A stretch of 63,040 nt of DNA, filler included, from Reclinomonas americana ATCC 50394 (lineage: Eukaryota), in assembly GCA_048213135.1 (NCBI GenBank). It is 6 parts of 3 records of this genome, joined end to end, with 100 filler letters (N's around TTAATTAATTAA, not from the genome) between each part and the next. Parts side by side here need not be neighbours in the genome. Positions count along the whole stretch, not along the records: positions 22,016 to 48,257 come from PS015021.1; 5 more parts are not named here. One strand, given 5' to 3'. A program made the translations under genes and the position numbers. Below are positions 23,343 to 44,892 of this stretch, one piece after another. The notes beneath the pieces were generated by a model. The model ran no database searches and was not told the origin of the DNA. It saw only the letters and a list, made by a program, of their open reading frames with translations. Position 1 is the first letter of the stretch. Each line of letters begins with the position of its first letter.

Positions 23343-24212
23343 GATCTAATCTTCGTGCCGGTCCCAGGTTCCAAGCGGGCGGTACTGCTGTGTATCGCCT
23401 GTCACCGGACAGCCACATCATTATGGACCCGCCGACGGCCTCCTCCGTGTCGTTCGTGTCGCCGCCAGTGCTACCCCTCGGCAAGGCCACCATCGTCACC
23501 ATTGGCTCCGTGTCCAAGACCTTCACGCGCTGCACGAGTTTCAAGCTGGTGGCAGCTGGTCAAGACTGCAGCACCACTCCCGACTACAACTCGCTCACCA
23601 CCGGCACGGGTGCCACCATGTCGTCGATTGGCGCCGACCAGTGCACGTTTGCCAGCGGATGTGGCATTTTCCGCATCTCCGTGACGCCCAACTCGCCGAG
23701 AGGCGGTGTGGCGCTGAATCTGTGCGTGGCCATCAATAACGGCGCGTATGCGTCGGCGAGCGAGCGACTGGTGTCTGGCTTCATGGTGCAGACAGACCGG
23801 CAGCTCGTCACCACATCGCCCGCATCCACCGCCTCTGCCACCACGTTCGCATTCGAGCGCGAGTTCTACGGAACACCACGCTTTCTGGTCGGCATGTCGT
23901 CGTTCGACAATGGCAACGACACGGACGGCACCGGCGTGTACTGCTCGGTTTCGTCGGTGAGCACACGCTCTGCCACGGCGCAGTGCATTACTACGTACAA
24001 CAGTGTGGCACCGACGATGGAACTCAGTTGTGTTTCCGTTTGTCGCGATTGTTGGTTGCTGGTTGATGCTGTCGGACTCATTCACTGTCTCGTCTCGCAG
24101 GCTACCTTGCCTACTATGTGCACCACACTGACGCGTACACCACCGACGGTCAATGTAACATTTCGGGAGGCAGTGCATGGCTTAAGGCGTCGGCGAGCAA
24201 GTCCCGGTCTGC

Positions 24213-24309
<97 letters not shown>

Positions 24310-27300
24310 NNNNNNNNNNNNNNNNNNNNNNNNNNNNNNNNNNNNNNNNNNNNNNNNNNNNNNNNNNNNNNNNNNNNNNNNNNNNNNNNNNNNNNNNNNN
24401 NNNNNNNNNNNNNNNNNNNNNNNNNNNNNNNNNNNNNNNNNNNNNNNNNNNNNNNNNNNNNNNNNNNNNNNNNNNNNNNNNNNNNNNNNNNNNNNNNNNN
24501 NNNNNNNNNNNNNNNNNNNNNNNNNNNNNNNNNNNNNNNNNNNNNNNNNNNNNNNNNNNNNNNNNNNNNNNNNNNNNNNNNNNNNNNNNNNNNNNNNNNN
24601 NNNNNNNNNNNNNNNNNNNNNNNNNNNNNNNNNNNNNNNNNNNNNNNNNNNNNNNNNNNNNNNNNNNNNNNNNNNNNNNNNNNNNNNNNNNNNNNNNNNN
24701 NNNNNNNNNNNNNNNNNNNNNNNNNNNNNNNNNNNNNNNNNNNNNNNTGAGAGAGAGAGAGAGAGAGAGAGGTGTTATTGCTCACCACCACGTGTCTCGC
24801 CCCCGCTCCCAGTCACGACACATACGTCAGCCGCACTCACCATCACGGTGAATCTGGTGCAAGATCAATCGCCGTATGGCCTGCTTAAGTCGACGCTGTC
24901 GGTGCAGGTTTTCCTGCGAGGCTGGAGAAGCCCTTCGGAAGCTAACCATCTTCCTGTGATCCACCACAACGTACTGAACAACTCCATCACGTTCACCGAG
25001 CAACTGGTGAACAGCGATACGTTTGTGACTGGCTTCACCTTCCGCGTCGATGATCCTGGAGTCGGCTGCACGTCGTACGTGACGTGGGTGGCCATTGGCC
25101 GTGCGGCGGTCATGGGATCGGCCACGTGTCCCGACGGCTTTGCTGGCTCCGACTGCAGCCAGTGCTCGTTCGATCCCAGTGACACGCTGTGCTCAGACGA
25201 CGCGTTGTATGTGCTCGGATGCTCGGCAGACGGCGCCACCACGTCCACGCCGTGTGGCGCCGATCAGACGTGCGTCAGTACCTCAGCAACGAGTGCCGTG
25301 TGCAGCACGCCGTGCACGGAGGAAGGGAAGACGACGTGCCTCTCCGACACGACTGGCTTCACCACGTGCACCGACGGCTTCGAGACGACGACGCTGTGCA
25401 CGAGTCTGGCAGCGTGTGCGGTGGATAGTCAGGGTGTGGCGAGCTGTGTTTCGCCATGCGTTGATCGACCGACGTCGTGTTCGGGCCATGGCGACTGCAA
25501 CGGCAATGGCCAGTGTGTGTGTGACGCTGATTACTTTGGCACTTCGTGTACCNNNNNNNNNNNNNNNNNNNNNNNNNNNNNNNNNNNNNNNNNNNNNNNN
25601 NNNNNNNNNNNNNNNNNNNNNNNNNNNNNNNNNNNNNNNNNNNNNNNNNNNNNNNNNNNNNNNNNNNNNNNNNNNNNNNNNNNNNNNNNNNNNNNNNNNN
25701 NNNNNNNNNNNNNNNNNNNNNNNNNNNNNNNNNNNNNNNNNNNNNNNNNNNNNNNNNNNNNNNNNNNNNNNNNNNNNNNNNNNNNNNNNNNNNNNNNNNN
25801 NNNNNNNNNNNNNNNNNNNNNNNNNNNNNNNNNNNNNNNNNNNNNNNNNNNNNNNNNNNNNNNNNNNNNNNNNNNNNNNNNNNNNNNNNNNNNNNNNNNN
25901 NNNNNNNNNNNNNNNNNNNNNNNNNNNNNNNNNNNNNNNNNNNNNNNNNNNNNNNNNNNNNNNNNNNNNNNNNNNNNNNNNNNNNNNNNNNNNNNNNNNN
26001 NNNNNNNNNNNNNNNNNNNNNNNNNNNNNNNNNNNNNNNNNNNNNNNNNNNNNNNNNNNNNNNNNNNNNNNNNNNNNNNNNNNNNNNNNNNNNNNNNNNN
26101 NNNNNNNNNNNNNNNNNNNNNNNNNNNNNNNNNNNNNNNNNNNNNNNNNNTGCGACAACATGCTCCGGTCACGGCACATGCAACAGCAGCGACGGCACAT
26201 GCCAGTGCGGCAATGGATTCGAGGGCACCAATTGTGTGTCGCCTTGTGTCGATGGCGCCACCTCGTGCTCCAGTCACGGCTCCTGCACGGTCAGCAACAC
26301 GTGTCAGTGTGATGCTGATTATTACGGCTCAAGGTGCGACGCGCACTGTACGGCAGCGTCGACGTGTTCGAGTCACGGCACGTGCGACGCCACTGGCATG
26401 TGTGTTTGCGCGAGTGATTACGTCAATGCGAGCTGCAACTGCAGTCCGTCGGTGACGTGTTCTGGAAACGGCACATGCCAGGGCAACGGCTCGTGTGCGT
26501 GCACTGGCGACTACACCAATGCCAGCTGCAACTGCAGTCCGTCGGTGACCTGCTCTGGTCATGGCTCCTGTGCTACGGATGGATCGTGCAACTGCACTAG
26601 CCCGTGGAGTGGTGAGTGACTGAACTCTTCTTGTTGCATTAAGCTGTCATACAGATGTACTGACGGACGCTGTTATTGTTATTGTTTGTTGCTGCATGAG
26701 CAGGAAACGCGTGCTCAGTTAGGGACTGCACATTGACAAACTCCACTGGGCTCGTTAGTTCGTGGCTGTCTTTGGCATCGAGCAGTGACGGCACCAAGGT
26801 AGTGGCTCCTTCGTCCACTGGTATAATCTTCACCTCGACAGATTCTGGTGTGACCTGGACGGGTCGCGATTCAGTTGTCGGTGCGCGGGCAGTGGCCTCC
26901 AGCAGCGACGGCACCAAGCTAGTGGCTGCGGTGAACAACGGTCAGATCTACACTTCCACTGACTCTGGCGTGACGTGGACGGCTCGCGATTCCAGTCGCA
27001 GTTGGTCATCAGTGGCCTCCAACGGCGACGGCACCAAGCTGGTGGCTGCTGTGCTCAGTGGTCGCATCTACACCTCCACAGACTCTGGCGTGACGTGGAC
27101 GGCTCGCGATTCCAGTCGCAATTGGTCATCAGTGGCCTCCAACGGCGACGGCACCAAGCTGGTGGCTTCTGTGACGCTGGGCCAGATCTACACCTCCACT
27201 AACTCCGGCGTGACGTGGACGCCTCAGGACTCCTCCAGTAGCAGTTGGACATCAGCAGCGTCCAGCAGTGATGGCACCAAGCTGGTTGCGAGTGTGCAGA

Positions 27301-28421
27301 ATGGTTTGGTCTACTCCTCGACCGACTCTGGTGTGACATGGACTCCTCTGGGGTCCGCAGGCATCCGTTTGTGGTCATCAGTGGCCTCCAGTAGCGACGG
27401 CACGAAGCTGGTGGCTGCTGAGAAGGGTGGTCGCATCTACACCTCGACCAACTCTGGCGCGACGTGGACGGCCCGCGAATCCATTCGCCAGTGGACATCT
27501 TTGTGCTCCAACACAGATGGAACGAAGTTGGTGGCCGGTGTGATCACCGGTCAAATCTACACCTCCGCCGACTCGGGTGCAACGTGGACTGCGAGATACC
27601 AAGGATTGCATGGCAATGCCAACTGGGCTGCTGCAGCCTCCAGTAGCGACGGTGCCAAGCAGGTGGCTGCGGTGACCAGTGGTCAGATCTACACCTCCAC
27701 TGACTCGGGTGCGACTTGGACGGTTCGTGATTCCATTCGTTTGTGGACATCGTTGGCCTCCAGCAGCGATGGTACCAAGCTGGTGGCTGGAGTCGACAGC
27801 GGTCAGCTTTACACTTCCACCGACTCGGGTGCGACCTGGACGCCACACGATTCCAATCGCCGCTGGCTCTCAGTGGCCTCCAGCAGTGACGGCACCAACC
27901 TGGTGGCTTGTGCGACCAACGGTCGTCTCTACACCTCCGCCGACTCGGGTGTGACATGGACGGCCGCCGACTCCGTGCGTAACTGGCAATCAGTAGCCTC
28001 CAGCGGTGACGGCAACATCCTGGTAGCTGCAGTGCAAAATGGTCAGATTTACGTCTCCACTGATTTTGGTGCAACCTGGACGCCTCACGATTCCAATCGC
28101 GCGTGGTTCTCGGTGGCTTCGAGCAGCGACGGAAGCAAACTGGTGGCTGTTGTGACCAATGGCCAGATCTACACCTCCACTGACTCGGGTGTGACGTGGA
28201 CACCTCGAGAATCCAGTCGCGCCTGGCGATCGGTGGCTTCAAGCAGTGACGGCACCAAGTTGGCGGCCGTTGTGAATAACGGTCAGGTCTACACCTCCAC
28301 GGACTCAGGTGCGACGTGGTCGCCCCGCGATTCCGTTCGCTTGTGGCGGTCTGTGGCCTTCAGCGGCGACGGCACCAAGTTCATGGCGCTCGCCGATCAA
28401 ATCTACGAGTATTCGTGTTGA
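22573..28421 (+). CDS. Extracellular H-lectin-like/EGF-repeat/BNR (Asp-box) propeller protein, paralog A, 5'-partial; exons 22573-22887, 22971-23286, 23368-24026, 24101-24213, [gap], 24813-26611, 26704-28421
   Basis: Cys-rich CSGHGTC..G.C.C repeats. The last exon has 13 S.D.G.TW Asp-boxes in ~40-aa WxSVASSSDGTKLVA repeats. Colinear with paralog B, including intron positions. Confidence 0.85.
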
Positions 28422-29374
28422 TTTTTGCGTGAAGAAGTATGAGCAAGTGAATCTGTGAACGAGACAAGAGAGATGCGTTGCAAGTGATCAGTTAAGTAAG
28501 AACTCTTCACACGCACACAGGCACCGCTGCGGGGGTTGCACGCGGCCATTCTCACTTTGAAGATGCCGACCCGGCGCTAAAAGGACATTGAGGTGGTTTT
28601 CTTCACTCAAGGAAACCGCTGCTGCCTTCGAATTCTCACACCGGCACCGTAGTGTTCACTCGCTGACCCCGTGAAGCTGTTCGACTTTGCATTTTCACCT
28701 CTCTGCTCCTGTACTCGTGCTTCCTTGTGTGTGTGACTGGTGACAAACGCGAAGCCAGCTGGTTGGTCGATCGCTGCATGCTGTTGCTGTTGCATACTGA
28801 TTGCCAAATAAAGGCGACATGTCGCTATGCCGGGAATAAAGTAGAAAGACACCACCACCGACTTGTCTCGGTTGTGGTGTTGCAGACATCGATGCGTCAC
28901 TGACCTCAAAGCTGGGCCTGGAGCCACACGTGCCGAGTTGAGATTGGCGCGCAGTGCACGTCCTGTATGTGCATGTGCCATCTCTTGCTGTTTTCGCGTG
29001 CCCTGCCACATCTTTGTGTCACAGTGGGGTAGCACCATGTGTGTCGCTGCGCTTCGTGCATGGTGCGCATATTGTGCGCTTCAAGCTTGTCATGATTGTC
29101 TAAACCCACCAGCAATCCTTGTGCAGATAGGTGCCGATGTTGACTCGGACGCCAGGTCATACGGATATCCACTGCAGTGAGCGGTTTGTGGCGCGCATTC
29201 CGAGGTCACCGCAAGTGAGCAACGCTGCGATGGCTCAACATTACTACTAGTTGCAGACATTTGCCAAAAGACACCACCACCGACGGACTTGTCCCGACCG
29301 CATTTCATTTTCTCTCCTGCAAGTGAACGCACTTACTCTCCCCCAACTGTCTCCTGCCTTTCGCTCATCGCACG

Positions 29375-38843
<9,469 letters not shown>

Positions 38844-39174
38844 GAAGTGTTCTTGATCAGTGAGCCGTCGTCTTTTTTCGTGGTGACTTTCCCTCTTCTG
38901 TTTTTTCTTGGCCTCCAGTTCCCCTTTGCTCTTGTTGCATGCGCGAGTTTGGCACAATGTTCTTTTTTGACTTGAGATGAATGCATATATTACATCGACA
39001 GCCATTCCCCTCATTCTTCCTCGATCGAGCACTTGAAAGCAAATCCAGTCGTGGTGGTATTCGACACCCCAAGATTGAATATATTCAAGCTCTTGTGGAC
39101 GCGCAAGGGCCAAGGGTGGAGAGAGAAAGCAAGCACACACGCAATCAAGGATCGAGGGTGGAGGGAGACAATGA

Positions 39175-39217
<43 letters not shown>

Positions 39218-40279
39218 GATCAAGGGTGAGAGAGAGAGAGAGAGAGATACTGATCACACGCACATCGGTCGAGGGTTGAGAGTGGAGTGAGACACTGATC
39301 ACATACGCCGATCAAGGGTCAAGGGTGGAGAGAGACACTGATGGCACGCACATCGATCAACAACAACTATTGTGACGGGTTGGTAGTCAGGGGGAGAGGT
39401 AAGATACACTTCTACAGAGTTGCCTCGCTATATCCGTCGCCCCAAACACGACCAGAAAATTACAGGCATCATGAAACGAAGGGCAAATGCAGAGGGTGGT
39501 GCAGCGCAGGAGGAAGAGGGGATGGAGGAATGGCATTTTCCAACACACAGGTACACGCGAATAATAATAATAGAAACTTCACTGATCCATACACAACAAT
39601 GAGCATCTACCAGTGATCGCCAACAAGTCTCGTGTGCTTTCCTTCTACAACTAAAACTGTTTTAAGTGTGTTGTCGATGTGGCCAGGAAGAAGACTTCNN
39701 NNNNNNNNNNNNNNNNNNGTCAGCAGTGACCACCAGAAGACGACCATCGCAGTAACTACGAAGAAGACAAAAAGATATTGATCATATCAAGAAGAACAGT
39801 GAGTGGGGCAAGCGTTGGGGAACTGTGACTTCTCTCACACCACACCACTTGCACTTCGGCCTGAACCTGTGCACCACCCACACCCTTGCACCGTTGGACA
39901 AACATCGAGTAACTTGTACGAAAGATACACTGTCGAACGTTGCGCACGCCGAGACGACGGAGGCCGTGCCAATCGAGGTCACAGGTGTTGGAACTTTTGT
40001 TCCCTACCCAGATTTCCTCATTTCTTTCAGTGGAACGAGCAGTCACCAACAAACGGGGCTTTTCATTTGCAATTACTCTAAGTAAATCAATCAAGAGTAG
40101 AAGCAGGGTATCTGCAAAGGAAACAGACCTAAGTGGCCGCATCCAGTCGCAAATTGCAAAACCTCTGCAGCCAAGAAAAGGCAAGTAGGCGAAGTGACGA
40201 TCGAGCCAACAGAGTATGCTTGACATTCGAGTTGTGGGGGGCGCGGGCGATGACGGAAGATTCGCCTTGTGCTCCAGCA

Positions 40280-40710
40280 ATCCAACCGTCGTCACACTGC
40301 CACCGCTGATCAGGCCACCAGAGCTCACCGAGCCAGCCAGCAGCGCACCACCAGTGCTCACAGAGCCGCCTTGCAACGATCCCACAGTCGTCCCACTGCC
40401 GCCANNNNNNNNNNNNNNNNNNNNACCGCTGATCACACCGAATGTGCTGACTAAGCCGCTCAGCAATGAACCCACCGTCGTCACACTCCCACCGCTAATC
40501 ACGCCGAATGTGCTGACTGAGCCGCTCTCAAGCGTGCCCACTGTCGTCATATTGCCACCGCTGATCAAGCCACCAGAGCTCACCGAGCCACCAAGCAACG
40601 AACCCACTGTCGTCACACTGCCGCCGCTGATCACATCGAATGTGCGTGCTGACTGAGCCAATCTGCAATGTGCCCACCGTCGTCACACTGCCGCCGCTGG
40701 TCACACCGAA
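40280..40710 (-). repeat. ~60-bp tandem repeat (~7 copies) encoding Gly/Ser/Thr-rich 20-aa units GGSVTTVGSLxSGSVSTxGxIS; frameshifted
   Basis: Repeated cccaccgtcgtcacactgccaccgctgatca units. The reading frame changes near 40645. Confidence 0.7.
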
Positions 40711-40900
40711 TGGCCACACGGATGCAGTGTTTGCAGTGGCAGTGACACCCGATTGCCAGCTCATTGTGAGTGGCGGTGAGGACAAGACTGTGCGAGTGTG
40801 GTCGGTGGCAAGTGGCGAGGAAGTGCGCCGACTGAGAGGCCACACGAGTGTGGTATCTGCAGTGGCAGTGACACCCAATGGCCAGCGCATTGTTCCACGT
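40700..40900 (+). pseudogene. WD40-repeat fragment (~1.5 repeats)
   Basis: GHTDAVFAVAVTPDCQLIVSGGEDKTVRVWSVASGEEVRRLRGHTSVVSAVAVTPNGQRIV. No evident start codon or continuation. Confidence 0.7.
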
Positions 40901-43900
40901 GAGAAGGATATGCTATATGTGCGCCGTCGTGAAGGACTGCTCGAGCGCATTTTCGGCTCCTTCCTGCCTGATTTCACCGATGTAATTTTGTGACGAGCAC
41001 AACTGCGAGCGCGTATGAACCCTCGAATGTAACCAGCTTGTTTGCGATGATGTCGCATGTGATGTCGACACACGTGTAATCTTCGTCCTCATGTTGTATG
41101 TTGTGTGTGCTGATTGACCATAACGAGGTAATCCACTCGTTGCCCACCTTCTCTGTGCGATGAAACCTCAGCGATCTGACGATACACTACACAGCCTCTT
41201 TGCTGTCGCCTCTGGCTGCATGTGTCGCAGATGAAGGTGACCATTGATCCAGCTCTCCCTTGACACCGCGGAGGTCGTTATTGCCAAGCAAGCCGTCTTC
41301 ATCACTATACAGTCTACATTCATTCGACTGCGATGCGACATCCTCATGCCATGCAAACATTTGATGAGAATGCGTTCTTCGAGTTTCAGTAGCACACACG
41401 CGTCGTAAAATACTGGTAGGAGACGATACAAGAGTTGCCACCGGATCCTGACGAATGTGCGTGCAGTGGATGATAGGAATCGCGCGTTATTATTTTGCGG
41501 CGCGAATGTCGTTTGACTTGCTGCGCTAGCGACACGTGCGATACTGCGCTATTGTTCTTTGCGTGAGATGAGACTGAGAGGTGCATACTGAGCGCTTGTC
41601 GTTGATGTATGTTCTCGAAAGCATGGAATAGAAGCGGCAGTGAATGTCTGCGTGGTTCAGCGACTGCGCAAAATGGACACGCAGTATGTTTACTCTTTCA
41701 TTTCATGTATCCTCGACAAATGAGAGAGACAAAGGAGACTGAGAACGCAGTAACAAAACGAGTGGCAGACACAGTATCACACTCACAAAAACATTCACAA
41801 ACACGCCGCAGTCACGATGGCGCATGTTCATGCGAGCTGCGACAGTTCCAAGACGTCGGTGCTCAACTGAAAGGTGGGCATGTGACAACACATGCAGGCG
41901 GCCGCTCCATGCGATCGGTCAAGTACACCAGTCACATGGTCGCATGATCGAGCATACCGCAAGCGTGGTCATGCTCACACTGCAACCGGCGTTGCATGAC
42001 GGGAGAGAGAGAGAGAGAGAGAGAGAGAGACGAAAAGAGAGAGAGAAAGATAATGAAAGAGAGACAAGAAGGAGATGTGCTCGCACGTGGTGAATTTCAC
42101 CATGAAGTCATGGGGTGAAAATAGTGAACAGATTCACTCACACTGACATCTCCAGTAAAGCAGACCATCACAACAATCCTTCCGCCCTCACTGTCACCTG
42201 ATCACTCACATGCCATGCAATGGATGATCGAGAGAAGCAACCAGGCCAAGCTCGTGCCACAGACATGCACACTCTCTCTCTCTCCTCTCTTGTGTGTCTC
42301 TGTACTCTTTCCCCTCTGCGTAACAACCAGGGACAAAGAGAGCAACATGAAAGAGAAAACTCGATGTTGAGATGAGGGGAGAGTGACAGAGACACGTGTC
42401 CATCACCGGCATTGGGCGAATAGAAATTAGGGATATCCTGCAAGTGAGGGAGACAGACAGGGGAGAGACAGACCAACAAAGAAGCAGGCAGACTTCACCT
42501 GCTGGCGACTGACAGAGCAGCGATGATGTGCAGTCTCTCTGTTGATGCCACACATGAAAACACTGCCCGTCGTCGGCAACGAGAGAAAGAACAAACAACA
42601 TCAACGATCCACGCAAGCGAGAAAGATGGAGAGAGACGGACGCAGGCGAAGGAGATCGATGGTGCGTTTTGTGCACCATGCATCAACAGCCAAGCCTGTC
42701 GGGACAAAGAATAAGCAGGAGAGACGGGAGAAGAGAGAGAGAAAAGAAGGACATGAATAACTCCCACAACGCCACCAACGCAGAGAAGGCATAATGGATG
42801 CGCTTTCTTCTCTCTCTCTCTCTTTTCTCACTCTCTTCTCTCTCGCTCTCTCCTTCTGCGGCATCTAGCCTCTGAACCTGGGAATGAAGTCTTGTCTTGT
42901 CTTGTCTCTCCTTCTCTCCAACATTCGCAGATGATGTTCTCTCTTCATTTCTCACCCCACACATTCACTGTCGCCAATGACCAGACGTATCCCAGAAGGA
43001 AGGAGAGAGATTCTCCACATTCCCTCCTTTCCTCTTTTCCATACGACGCCTCTCTCTCTCTCTCTCTCTGAATTCCCGTGTATGACGCTCATCCCCCAAG
43101 CGCACCGTTCAACAGAGAACACACACCATGAAATATGATCGAGGAGAGTGGGAAAGAGAGATTGTGGTGGTGGAAGAGAGAGAGGGGGGGAGAAGGAACA
43201 TTGGGTGTGGATGGATGGATGGATACAAGAGAGAATCACAGAGATGACGAAATGAGACGAACAAAGAGCAGCAGGAACGAGAGAAAAAGAAAGCATGAGT
43301 GCACAAGAGTGACGGTAATGAGACGAAGAGAGACGACCACACAAACACGGATGGAGGATGCAGAGATATGTATGCCAGACCACGACAAAATGAGCAAGAA
43401 TATGCGCACAAAGACGACGCTCACACTCCCAAGAACACGGAGGTGAGAGTCGATGCCGAGAAGCAGGGAAAGGGAGGCAATAAGGGAAAGACGGGAAGGA
43501 GAATGCAACGGATGGAAATGGAGGGAGATGTAAGAGGCTGCTTTCTCACGCTAGGNNNNNNNNNNNNNNNNNNNNNNNNNNNNNNNNNNNNNNNNNNNNN
43601 NNNNNNNNNNNNNNNNNNNNNNNNNTGGAGTGCGAGAAAGGGGGAACCCTACAAGAACAAGCCTGACAGAGCTCGAGCGCTGCTCAGTGCGACAAGCATG
43701 TGTGGCAATGGTGATCAGAGACGGAGATGCAAGACGAAGGGAGGGATAAGGGGCGAGTACGAGATAGAGAAGGAGAGAGAGAGAGAGAGAGGAGAGTGGA
43801 GGAGGGACGATGAACAAATGATGTGTGTGTGGGTGGGGGAAGAGAGAGTAGAATAAGGACGGAGAGGCGCACACGGGAAATGAAGACAGGGAACACATGT

Positions 43901-44892
43901 GAAAACAATGCAAGACAACAGGCAATAAATGGGAAAGCGGCACACGCATGCGGAAGGAGCAGGATGAGAGGAGAATGTGAGTAAATGAGAATGGATGCGG
44001 GGATGATAAGCAGCAAGCACGTCACGAAATACGGGAGGTGGGGGGAGGGGAGGAAGAATAGGACGATGTGAGTGATTCACACCACGGATGCGATACGCAC
44101 AAGGCACACAGACAAACAAGCACACGCGAGATGATGAGCACTCAAAGAAAGAAGAGGGAGAGCGAAAGAAGAGAAGAGAGAGAATGTAAAACGGATGAGG
44201 GTGTTGATCAATCACGTCACACATGCGGTGCACTCACACGAATCAATGACACGCATACATGCACGCCGAGGAGGGAGGTAAGAGAGAGAAAGAGAGCAGA
44301 GAGCGCGAGAATGTGACGCAGATGGGCGCGAAAATCACTCACATCCAGAATGCAGCGCGCGCACACACAGGCAGATCGACGAGAAGCACATGCACATGCA
44401 CATGCGCAACAATGTTCACTCGGAGGAACGAGAAGAGAGACGAGAGGGGGAGCAGAGAGAAGGAATCATGTCTGCGATCAATGCACACACTGCAAGAAGA
44501 ATTCTCTCTCACACACACTCGCCCTCTCTCTCTCTCTCTCCTCCTCTCTCTCTCTCTCTCTCTCGCACAAACACACACACACACACACACCTTTCATGCA
44601 ACAACGAATCGAACACGAGTCCTTTCGCCTCCCGCGTCCCTCTCTCCCTCGCTCGCGCATTCTCTCACGCCCTGCACTCTCTCTTTCTCACTCATCCATG
44701 ACACATGGCACAGCAGGTGACCATCAAACACGTCGTGCTGCAGAAAGAAAGATACGTCGGATGTCCCGCATCACATTGATCTCACGCACAACACCGCCAC
44801 GAGAACAAGCCGACTGTGTGTGTGAGACGTGTGAGCAACAAATTACATCCTGCTGACGATCGAGAAAAGAAACAAACAACTGCGACGAGAAG

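Noticed and set aside
41000-44400. Possible small minus-strand exons (e.g. DIPNFYSPNAGDGH ~42400-42437; DEDGLLGNNDL ~41270-41305)
   Set aside because: I could not build a consistent gene model or recognise a family.
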